Assembly (NCBI GenBank): GCA_002633005.1
Contig: NMRA01000003.1
Location: forward strand, 1,978,727 to 2,042,726
Length of the DNA: 64,000 nt
Reading direction: 5' to 3'
Source of the DNA: Phoronis australis
Lineage: Eukaryota; Animalia; Phoronida
A model generated the notes under the pieces. It worked only from the letters and a program-made list of their open reading frames with translations, was not told the DNA's origin and did not search any database. The translations under genes and the position numbers were made by a program. Each line of letters begins with the position of its first letter. Positions within the stretch are counted from its first letter, which is position 1. This document shows positions 1 to 12,600 of this stretch, piece by piece.

Positions 1-685
1 CTTCACCCTGCAAATGAGACATTCGAAATTTTACGTCTGGCACCAAATAAGGCTAGTGTGCGTATAACAAGGAAGATACAGTTACAGTTTCCGTCCAGTA
101 AGGCAAGTGAGATTTTTAAGTGCACTATGTGTCGCGACCCATGCGCGCATCCAGCCTATATTATAGGGGGGTTCGAATTTTTCGATATGCTGACCTTTTA
201 CTGGAGGAAATCAACGAGGACTAAAACGGGGCCACTAGGTTCAGGCCCGGGAATTGTGCATCCGCGTCGACTTCCCGGCCGGGGATTTTGTGGACTTTTG
301 TCTCGTTTACTCGGACTTTTCGTTTCACTGAGGCGGACCTTTTTACCCCCGTGCCCCCCCCCGAGTGCGCCCAATGCGACGTAGCCTATTCTAAGTGCAA
401 GATATGATGTGACATAGCTTATATTTTCGACACTTATTGTCGCTTGGGCGACAGTATATCATCTGTCGGTGTTCACGGCATATTTTGTCCCGCCCAGCAC
501 ATCGTGACGAGGTGCATTCCGTTGACGTGACAGGTCCTAGGGAAAACAAGTCTGACCAAGTGCTTCGCTTGTAATGCATAGAGATATCTCGCGAATATTT
601 GAGTAATTCATGAGTTTTCGCGAGTTTCTTGCGACTACGGAGCGCAAGCTGCTACTATTAGAGTTCAGTGACGTCAATAACTCAC

Positions 686-3600
686 TTCAGTTTCGCATTG
701 AACGTAATCGAAGTTCGGTCCCGGACACGGTGTCCCTCCGAACTGCGGTTTTGGATTGTCGCACGTGCGTGTCCTCTTCCTGACGGACAGGCCTTGGGTA
801 GATGTACACTTCTCAGCCTCCTCCCAGCGGCCCCAGCCCCCGTGAATTGGCTGGGTCGTTACAGGCACGCATTCTTGGTTGATGCAATGCTGAAAAAACC
901 GATAGTGCAGTCAAACGCGTCATAAAATAATCCAATCAAATGAGCTAAACACATTAGAGCAAGTCGCAAAACATAGGCAACCTTTTCACTTACCTTGTCA
1001 GGGGCGCACTGAGTTCCCTCAAGCGGCACTTGTTTACCATGGCAGGCTTTATCAATGTAACCATGTTTATTGCGGCGGACGCAATACAAGTCAGTACAGA
1101 AAGAATGTCTTCCGCCGGACAAGCGTGGCTGAAAGCAAACATTAATACTATATTAATAGGCCTACTAATAAAGTCTTAAAGTATTGAGAGTTTTCGTATG
1201 AAAAAAATGTACACATACAAATTGCGCTGTCGCAAATAGACTTTTCTGGTACAATCCGGTAAGACTGACTCTCTTGGTCGCACCCAACGTATTACTCACC
1301 CTCTGAGCCTACAATACCTGATAAAAGGTAGTCAAACAGTGGAGTTACCGTTCACGGTTTCAAAAACACGAGGGTAGCTCCTGCTTCAAACGTTACGAAT
1401 TGTTGTTTAGGAGTCACTTTAATGGACCCCATTGGTATTAGGATTAGTTGAGCACGAGATTAAAATGCTTTTTAAATTTTTGTATGGTGTGGGCCAGTGA
1501 AAAAGGCCTTTTAATAAGACTGTCTGTTTAAAAACAGTCTTATTAAAAGAACATTTTCTTCTTTCTGTTTAGTATCTAAAATGCAAATATATTAATTAAA
1601 CTCAGATCAAAGACACGAAAGGACATCTCAAACCTTTCCAAATACGATAAAAATGACTTACATCCCGAAACATATCATTCAGGTTGTTAGTTATGAAAAA
1701 GAGCGACTAAACTTTTGACGGAGTTGGCCATCCCGTCTAGAATCGAACCTTCCCCACTAAGGCCAATGGCAGGCGAGCTTTCAGTTCCTTTTGACTGTTA
1801 AAATAATTTGCTATCATGGCATGAGAAACAAAAATATTTAATTTCTTGTTCGTGAAAAGACAAAGGTCCATTTTTTAAACAAGTTCATGTTTTCCCGTGA
1901 CTGTAATTTCTAAATAGACGTTTTAGTACACACAATTACCTCGTATCCGTTTCCACACGTGCGAAAACACTGCTCGGCTACGTTGACATGCTGGCCCGGT
2001 AAACCCTCCAACTCGACATTATTCACGGAGTCAACAGGAGCATCGAGAAGGCATGTAAAACTACCTAAGCTGTAACAAGCCAAATCAATAACGTGGTGGC
2101 AACACAACTTAATAGCTGTGAGTAAAAGCCAAAATTTCACAAAACTGAAACGATGCCCAACTTAATGTTGCATCACTTTAGAAATACAATCGAAACAAAA
2201 TACATGCCCAAGTCAAATAAATGCCAAACTTACATATCAAGGCAACCACTAGCATGGGCGGCGCAGCGCTGAAAAATCGGGGGGNNNNNNNNNNNNNCCC
2301 CCTAGCCTCCCTGTGGTGCACTGCCTATAGACCATGAGCGGCTCATGACTGAACATTTTGGGGTGGCTATAGCCCCCCAGTCCCCTATGGTGCACCGACC
2401 ATGAGAATGTGTATATTCTTACCTAGTGTAAAATTGCAGCGCCTCTCTGGAACATTTACTCCAGAAGTATCGACCGATTTTATGACCGGTCTTCGTAGTG
2501 CCCATGATGCTTCCTTTTCCACCGTTTTCTCGACAATAGGGGTCGTTACTGTAGTGATCGTGATCCATTCCCAAGCTGGAAAATTTTATAAAGAGTACTC
2601 AATTTTCACGCGATAACTTTGAATTAAAAAAGATTGCATTATTTCAATCTTATTTGACTGATAGCAAACTTTAGACATTCACCGTTTTTCTAAACTGGTT
2701 TGTTTTCGTTGCTTTTATTGCATGTATTAATGTTTTAATCATCGGCCTAGTAATCTATTCCAATAGTAGCGAGTTACTCACGAATGTCCCAACTCGTGAG
2801 CAATGACTTCCGCTCCACGCAAACCCCGATCCTCAGCTAACCCAGTGGATTGCAATGGATCGCATATCTTGGCTAGTTCTGCTATGCCGTCAAATTGACG
2901 CATGTTTATTCTGAAAGAAAACAATAAAAGGTTATATAATGGAAAACAAGTGGGAAAATGCGTTTCTCAAGAAATTGCAACTTCTAGAAACTTAATCCGG
3001 CAGGTCAACAGAACAGATATTTCGTTTCAGCACGAAATGTACGGTTTGATATTGAAATTGTTACTGCAAATTATATTTCGAGCCTTTAGGCTCTCTCTGA
3101 TAAGCCTACTAGATGTATTTAGCAATTATAAAAAAGAAATGTTACCTCGTGTACAGCATGATGAAGTCAAAGTGGTTAGGGTCATTGTCGTCTTCAACAT
3201 TTAGGTCAACTTGCCATTTATCAAATGCTTTCTTTATTTTAATGCCATCTGGTGTCAGCTTATCGAATGGTAGATTGGGCTAAGGTAAAAGAAAAGACAC
3301 GAAAAATGAATAATAACATGGATTATGTTTAAAAAGTCTCAAAATTGCAAATTACTAGAAAATTAAGATAATTACTTACTGGATCTTCTCGCAAGATGAT
3401 CAGTCTCGTCAAAACTACATTTACTGCAGATCCAAGGGAGTCCAGTCGATAATAATGTTGCACCTATACAAAGTAAAAGTCTGAATTGGAGGAGTACAAC
3501 AAACTGAGTGCAACGTCTCACACACACAACATAACATTACAGAACTATAAAGCAAATTGCACTGGACAATATAGAGCAGCAAATCATAGTACAATACTGA

Positions 3601-6600
3601 GCATTAGGTGGCGACCAGTGTGAGGGGTCAAGGCTACTACGACCGCAGTGATAACATTATTTTCTGTCCTCAGTGAAAACAACCAATATCTCAGGTATTT
3701 ATTGATCTTAGATGTCATTGCTTCTGACAGTAAAAGCGAATTTGAGCAAAAAATGCATTCACAAATTCTCAGTTATTCCTGTGTGCCTTGAACATTTCTA
3801 ACCACGGCATTTTTTTCATTTGCATTCGCGTTTAACGTGTAGCGGAAACTCTTTATTTACAAAAATTGCACACCAAATCTTACGAAACATTCAATTTGCA
3901 GTTGTCATTATCAAACAAAAGAGAACGCTTACTATATTCATAATAGTTGCAAGGTACTCGTGAAGGTAATCGCCATAATGTTCCACCATAGACTTGTCTA
4001 CCACTAGGCATAACTCTATTGTTAGGATTTCGGCCTTCAATATATCAGGATACGACCGCTTCTTCCTCAAGCTCGCTCTGACGCTGTTCGTATCTGCGAA
4101 AAATACCATAAAACCGTTTTAACGTTAAAATACAGTGGCGGATTTAGAGGGGGGCCAAGGGGACCATGCCCCCCTAAAATTCTCCCAGATTTCATTTGGC
4201 AGTGCGGGGGTGCGAATGTCTGACGGGCAAAATCCTGGATGAAACTCTGCCCTGTCCCCCCCTAACTAAAAAATCCTGGATCCGCCCCTGAAACAAGGAT
4301 GTACTTTTATATCCTACACACTTCTCTGCTGAGAAATTATCAGTCATTGGTCATTTAGGGTCCATAAAAACAGACTTGGGACCATTTTCAATGTTATAAG
4401 CAACCCGGTTCATGTATTTTTCGCGGGGTCAAAAGTTAATGCTATGCCCCGTAAATTTCTTCTTCTAGAATATGTTTTGCACTGTACTTTTGAGAATGTC
4501 GATCAGTAAGGACGATCCGTGAAATGGCAACAGATGTCTGTTTCATGAAATTTGTTCTTATGATTCACATCATTATTTCTGAAAAACGATTAAATATCAT
4601 TTCAGCTGAGCAAAAGTGCAAAGTCTGAATATATTACATGTCACTGCAAATTGCTGAAATAATTCCTATGAATTACTTTTAGATTGCGAAACTTAGCTCA
4701 ACCTGTGGGAGCGCAAGACACTTTTCAAGAAACAAACTCCAGAGCTGTTACATGTAAAATTACAATAAACCAATACCTAAAGATTTATACAAATTAAACA
4801 CTGGGGCGCTGACGTCATCGTGTGAGGCTGAGTAAAGTATATGAAGTCCTCTACTTCCGTCGTCTGCTTTACTATTTAATGAACGGCTGTAGCGCAACTG
4901 GATGTGAGGGTGCAGCGGCTCGATGAAATGAGTTGATCCGTTGTAAATAAACATGCCATTCTATAAGGAAAAAAAACATGAATATCTTAAAGTGTGACGA
5001 TAAACCCGTCTTGCATTGCGAAAAACTTCAATTTCGATTTAGACCACTTACCGCTGTTATGAAAGTGGTCTAAATCAAAAGTTTCCCTTTTCAACGGAAC
5101 ACAGGCATATAGCAGCTTTTATTAATCGCAATCATACCGCGTTCTGACGTGGAAGACTTACGAGAATGACGGTTAAAACGAGGCCTAAGGTAAGCGTTCA
5201 CAAGCATAATATAACAGATTCTGATCTGCCCCTGACATTTAGCGAAATTCTTTTTTTTTTCAAAACCTTCACTAGCGTATCGTAGATAGCTTTTTAACAA
5301 AGTGTCTTTGGAATTTAACGGCCACTTTCATGACCTTAAGTGAATACCAACAGAACAAAGGCAAAGGAGTCGCAAACAGCAACCCCCCCGTCCCCCCGCC
5401 CCCGGTCGTTCTACACCCCACGTCCCGAGGGTGGTTCACCGGAGTACAGCTAAGCGCTTCACCTGAAGCTAAGAAAAGAAAATTTCGCCCCACTTCTGAA
5501 TTTATCAGCTGACATTTTAAAAGAACATACAACTTATGCATAGCTTCTGGTTGGATTTATCACTCGATACCTCGATATGGATAAAAGACAGCTTTGGATG
5601 GTCTTATCTTGTTCCTTATTCAGTGTATAGATGTAATTTCCGAAGTCGGGAAAAACTCACAGTTATTTCTTTTAGAAAAGCTCATAGAATTTCAGATCAG
5701 AAATTTTATGGGCTTGGTTTGAATGAATAGCAGACTGTCAGTTCTTACATTGCCCGGAAATCAATCGTCATGTGAACAAGGAACAATTTGAGACCACTTT
5801 TCCAACGTTAAGTCACAGAGGCCTCAGACAAAACTCGTTTTTGACAAACAGCTTGTGTTTAATGCAGTTTAAACCAATTTATCCTATCTTTAACAAGATA
5901 AACGGAATTGGTACAAAATCCAATAAGGTCTTTGTATAAACACGGTCTATCGCATATTTACCACTGACTGTCCACAGAGACTGATAGATGCAAAAGATGG
6001 CTCATTCGAATCAAAATGGCCGTTGGTTTCGACGTGGCCGCTGAAGGTACAGTTCATTGCTTCCGGTGTTTCAATCTCTGCATGAGATGCATTGGCATGA
6101 AATTCGGAAACTTTAAATGTTGGCGACACAACTCTGTAAGTAGAAAAGTATGAAAGTGTAGTTAATGTTGATACGCTCCAATAATAAAGCTCTTCTTCAA
6201 ATTACATGTTCAATTACTTGAAAGTCAATAGCGCAGCTTATTGGTCACTGCAAGGCAGTAGACCATCACAGTGATCGAGCGAGACTACGCAAAGAGCAGA
6301 GTGGTTGGCTTTTCAACGTACTTAGTTTGCACACATTTGCTGGAGCTTAACACAATTATAACAAAACATCAGGTTTTGTGTGCCTTTAAAATAATACCAT
6401 GCCAGTTTATTACCTGTTTTTGTGTAGATTGAGATAAAGCATTTGGCCTAAATATGGCACTCCAAGTCTCACGTTTTCCTTATTTGCGTCTGTGTCTACA
6501 TCGAGAGGACTTATCACGTCTACGTTTGAAGAAGATTTAAGTAACATTTCTGGAAAACATAAAAAACATAATTACATTTTCATTATAACCAAGCACAACA

Positions 6601-9600
6601 GCACTAGCAGCAACGGGCGTGGCAAGTTTAATGTCACGGTTTCTCGTTGAAAGCATGAGGAACACAGTCTGTCTCAAGATCGAAAATGGACTAAAATTCA
6701 AAAATAAATTTCCACCACTATGTGATTTCCGACAACACAAAGTTCGCTTTCTCGGCTACTATAAGGTAACGAGGTAGGTACTTGGGTAGGTAGGTAGGTA
6801 GGTTACATGAGTGGCGCAGCACTGAAAAAAGTGGGGGCTATAGCCCCCCAGCCGCCCTGTGTGGTGCAACGCTCATAGACCATGTGCGCCGGAGCACTGA
6901 AAAAAGTGGAGGGATAGGCTATAGCCCCCCCGGAACCCTATGGTGCGCCCCCATGAGGTAGGTAGCTAGGCAAGTAGGTAGGCAGGTAGATGGATAGATA
7001 CTTTTTTCCAGGGATGAAACAATCCAGTTTTATACTGGCAAGATCTTTGCAAAGTCCAAAGCGGCTAGGCTGGCATCATAGAAAGGCAATATAAAAGTAA
7101 AGAGCTGTTCGACACCTACACTGACTTTATTAGGGCTGCCAATCTTCTTTCCTCACGCTCAGCGTCCTTTTCTAAATAAAGCAATTGTTTTCTTGTGAGC
7201 TTCAATTCTTGTCATAATAACTCGGTTCTTTTCTTACTGGCCGCATTAATTTCTTTTCCCACGAAGGGCGCGCTTTTCTCCCAAACAGTATGAAATGTTA
7301 CAACAAACACAGTGAGGATTCGCCGACCATATACAATTGTGAAGTCTCACAAACCTAAAGTGAGTTTGGGGGATGCCCTTCGCAAGCCTACAGCAGAGAA
7401 ATATTCTCTAAATTCTTTTCATTCACCTTCACTGATTTTTTCGCTATATAAAACTGCATTATCAAAATGGATCCTGGTAAGCAGACGACTGTTGCACCAA
7501 TGAAACATAACGGTTATAACAGAATGGGTGCACGCAGCGGCATATCCACGATAGTAAGCCTTTGAACTATTTATATATCACGTGACACGCCAAACTTCAT
7601 TCATATGAATGTATGATCGTTTCAGACACCGTAAGAACAGCACTCAGTGTTTCCTGTTGAACTGTTGTCAGTGTCCAGTGACAAGACTAAGTGCTCCGGT
7701 AAGCCATTTCATACCAAAAAGGGCTGTGGTTGAAAAAAATCCTTCCGCGGACCATTCATGTATGTATTGATGGTCTAATGTTAAGTGTCTTGGATTTCCG
7801 TAACTCACGCTATCATTCACAAATGTTCCAAGTTTCATAACATGAAACATAAATGAAGTAACAATTAAAATGTTAGAATAGAAGGACAGTTGGACCATAG
7901 ATTAAAATGTTGAATTGTAAACCAAAATAACGTGTTCTGTTGTTGTGACATTCAAATAGTGATAAATAGGTATGGTGATCTCAGCTCGCGTTTGTCCGCT
8001 GAAGTAACGCCAGCCAAGATTGTAAAAGCCTGCTTTTTATGCGCAGTTGATTTAAATACACCGGTTGACCTCATCATTGATTGGCCAATAAAAACAGAAA
8101 TAAAAAGAAGTGTCATGGCAGAAGCGTCTCGATTAAATACCATGGCAAATCGAATTTTTGAGAATGTGGACCTTTTACTAAGATTAACGGGTTAATTTCA
8201 GAACTATGAATTGTGCATTCGCCGAATTTTGATAGTTCATGGCTTTTTTATGGACTTTTGTCTCGTTTTTTACTCTTTTGGAGTTTTTGTTTCTCTGATC
8301 AGGCGTGCCTTTTTGCTCACTTCGTCAAATGGGGAGGGGGCTTGTTCGAGACCCCCCTGTGTGCGCGCAAGTGAAGTGAGGTCAGGGATTGAGATTCTCC
8401 GGCGTGCGAGATCTCGCTCGAGACGATAAAATTGCAGAAAAGAGCGCCTGACTACTGCTGACTAGTGCCAACATACTTTATACATATTAAACCTTTCGTT
8501 CAGCCCTACAACAGCATTATCAGGGTACAACGAATCCAGCACAAATTTTCATAGGCTTATTGAAAACGCTATGAATTGCCTGCAGCAACGTACGTCGGTT
8601 TGTTTTGTAAAATGAAATAAAAGGTGAGATGTTTAACGAAGAATTGATAAACTGTGCACTGTTGAAAAGCGAGCTGTCATGGCAGAAGGGTCTCGATTTT
8701 GAGTCCGCATATCTCCCCATTCCCACTGAAATATACTTAAAAATCACGCGCAATTCCTTTCACTAGGCTCCAAAACTCCCTGTTATAATCAACACATTCC
8801 GTCTAAGGGCGGATCCACTGAGGATTTTGAATTGGGGAGGGGGGACAGGGCAGAGTATTAGCCAGGATTTTGCCCGTCAGACATTCGCACTCCCGAACTG
8901 CTAAATGGAATACGAGAGAATTGTAGGGGGGGGGGGGGGGGNGGCCCCCTCTAAATCCGCCACTGGAATCGGCAAACAGGCCTTCAAATTCAGAAGATTT
9001 AAGGAAATGTAAAAATGACCACTTCACAGTCATGCCTTTCCACTTTCCAGTGTATACAGCCTCGATTTGGTGAAACATAATCTGAATATTCGTTTATCAC
9101 AAGTCAGGTTGATTATATAGTAAGTAATGAGCGAAGACTGAAGTCATTCGTACGGGAGTCCTCGGCCGTTCACCTCCTGACACCTCCTCCACAAACAGTT
9201 CAGTATCATTTACTGTACATTGTAGGCACTGCCTACACCTACGTAAATTCATATGTATATTCAGAGTATATTTGCACAGAGAACACTTCTCTGAAAGCAA
9301 TAGCCTTTTGAATATACAATGCAAGGCGCTAGATACTATCGTGATTTTTTCTTTTGGAATAACCTAACAAGAGAAGAGTTAATATTCACAAGCTCTGGTA
9401 GAAGACTTTTCTAAGGTCTCCAAGAACAGGGCATCGACACATGAAATGAGACTCATCGTCAATTTCACCCAGATTCCATAAGCTGTATATTCTCTCACTT
9501 CTAGGAATACCCATATGTCTACCTTTCTCTATCACTTAGGCTAGTCCAGTTCCAAGAAAATGATAATCTGGTAGTTTGCTTTAAGAACTGTGCAAATTTT

Positions 9601-12600
9601 GTTTACTGGAGGCAGTCCCGGGGGGGTGGGGAGAACTTGGTGATTGACAAGGGATAAAAGCTTTGAGGGCTAAAGTTTGAGGTATGATGAACAAATATAT
9701 TAGGTAAATGAACCATTCTCATTGATAGGGGGATATCCGAGAGTACTTTGAAGTGTTGATTTCGTACGGTGGAGACCTGCGGAACGTGAGAAAAGAATAA
9801 GACATTCATGGGGAAGGAATTGATATTGCCATCTGTTCAAAGCAGTTAATAATAAATTGAATGAATTAGAAGTGAATTGGGAGTTGATGAGAAACGAGCC
9901 AGAGTTCGTAAGACTGCGTTAATGGGAAAAAGGTCGTTTTTAATGAGAACACCCGTGCGAACCGTGAGGGAGGAAGATTGACAGCCATATTTAGCTTTAC
10001 CGTGAGAAATATGATTTTGAGCAAAGTTGAAGTTACAAGTTAAAGTGAATTAAGATTTCCCTTAGCTTATCAGGCAGTCTTTTGATGTTCAAATGGTTTA
10101 TGCGCACTGATGACACACGGTTGCTGGAAGTGCACAAGCCATGGTTAAATTCCAGTCACAAAGCAGCTAAATACCGAGCTTCAAACGTGTACAACGACGG
10201 AGGTGACAAGATAGAAATTTGTTGTGAAACTAGTAGCCTGCACACTCCTAAGGGCCTCGAGATGTACCTCGTTTGATATTTATTTATTTTTTCTAAGCGA
10301 TAAACCAAGAATTGGTAGAATCATGTTCCTTAGTAACCAGTTCTCGTGACTGGCATTCCTTCGCGACAGCCATCCTGTTTGAAACTTAAAAGGTGGTGTC
10401 AAACTAGAAGCGCGAAACTTGTTAACAAATCAGGCAGTGCCCTGACTGAAATTAATGAACCCCCATAGCTAACCCTTTTGTTTCCGAATACCCAGCCCTT
10501 TCGTCCAATCTAAACCACGGATCACCTCAACTCACAGTATTATTCGATGTAACAGGTGTTTAAAAACTTACTCAGGTTGGGAGGTTAGTACATCAATACT
10601 AGTTCTAACGCACGGTTGTTAATGAGTGTCTAAAATATTCTTCACCAGTGAGGGTCCTTGAGCTTGGGCTTGACTATTATGCCAATAATTTTGCTATGGT
10701 AATAAGATTTAACTCGTTCGACTACAACGTTTATTCGAACATTTTCTCTGTTACTGCTCGCCTGAGGGTCCCGGTGCCTGTTTTGTCTGTTTTACTAATG
10801 TTGTATGTATGGTTATCTAATAGGGCTTCCAAGAAATAATTAAAAATATGTCGCCAATGTCCATTGACCCCGAGCATGACCTCTCTTCTATTTGACTGAA
10901 CAAGGTTACCTGTGTCGAGTTTAACAGCACAAGTACCTCGCTAGACAAGCAAGATCTCGCAAGATTACGCGAGACATTACCGTATATTTGAAATAAGATC
11001 ACTTGATTTTGGCTAAATTTTCTCGTCGCGAGACAGTTTTGAATTTTACCCTGTTATGTAGAGATGCGAATCGAGTAGATTTTAGTAATTGGTTAATTGT
11101 CCAGCAACTGACCACCCATTATTATCAATAATCGAATTTTAAGTAATTTCATTGAAATCCTGCATCGCCTAGGTTTCAGTCACGAATGAATTAGATCGGT
11201 TGATGCTGCTGTTAAAGAAGTAATGTTTTTGGAACAATGGAGTGAATAATCTCAGCTACGTACAATTTTAAGAAACCAAAACTTATTAACCCTAGTTGAT
11301 TTTATAATGTAATTGTTCCCGATTTTGAATTCGCAAAGAAAATTGTGTATTTATGGAGTATCAGTGACACAGCAATTTGCTTGGTACTCCACTCATTTCT
11401 TTCCCTGTTTTATACAGGAAATACCAATGCTGCACTCAACACCCGTGACATGACAAGACTGCAACACCAACGTGATGTTAAGATCATGAAATCGTGTAAA
11501 AACATTAACTATCCCATTGATTACGTTGGATATTTCTATTTATTGACGTTTATGTTAGCAACATATTGCAAAGATCTATACTGAAAATGCCTTCAGTTAT
11601 ATCTAGTCAATTTCCAGTTAATTCCGAATGATGGCGAACGCTTGACGTTTGACTATAATCGATTATTTTTCGATTCTAATCTATCACTCTCCCATCACTA
11701 GTTTTCGTCGTGTTCAAGAAGTTGGCGGGCTACTGATTGGGCATGCTGTATTTGGGAGAGAGGAGGTCGTACAGGCAGTTTTCAAAGTCCGATGGTAGCT
11801 AATTTTTGCTTCATTACCCATTGTTGACAATAGCTCCGTAGTCTTGCCATCAATGCATCAAAGTGGATGTTGACTGATTAAACTTATCAATACTATATTG
11901 CATTTAATTATCAAGGCAGCAACACATGCCCTTGTACAGGGTACAATGTTTCTCGTTTAGCATGATGGAAAATGAATTCTACACGTGGCAAAGAATTAAA
12001 ACGTAAACGTGCTATGAGTTTTGACAATAAGCGCGTACATCAGTGGTACACGACACGGGTAAGGCGGTACCAGTACCGATAAAATGGTTCGTCGTCACTC
12101 AGCACATGTTGTTTACGGAATTTGTATTGTGGAAAACCGACAAGTACAGATGGGGACTGAAAACAAACACGCACCGAATGACCTAAAAGTAATGTTTGAT
12201 GGAGAAATCGGTCAACGGGTTTGATTTTTAACGACAATTCCTTGCAATAAGATTCACGGCTTCGCTCACAAAAACTGAGCAATTTATGCGGCGCAGGATT
12301 CCTACTAGCACGTTGGTAACTTTATGAGAGTGATGATTAAGGCCATTGACCGATGTAACGTAAATTTATTGGAGTTTTATTTGAAATTTTCTTTCTGGTC
12401 TTTAAGTAATTGACCTCTTATGTGAGAGACCGTGCCTCACAAATAATTGAACACTGAACTATTAAAAATGCTTGTACACATTTAATTTTTTGACAAAAGA
12501 ATATCCTCCTTTTCAAAGTGCTACCTGCAACAATAGGCGACTAAATAGCAACAGAAAGTAATCAATTTTATATTCCTTATTTTTGTCTCTAATCCAGGTC

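Noticed and set aside
58-384. 108-aa ORF
   Set aside because: Runs through a GC-rich MITE-like sequence ending in a poly-C tract; no protein features.
391-579. Cys-rich 62-aa ORF as continuation of the ADAMTS
   Set aside because: It needs a phase-1 junction at 536, but the preceding exon ends in phase 0, and the Cys spacing does not match the ADAMTS Cys-rich domain.
7120-8200. Coding-like minus-strand stretch ([28 protein letters not shown]..)
   Set aside because: Interrupted by stops and has no assignable motif; probably a decayed transposon ORF, but it cannot be classified.
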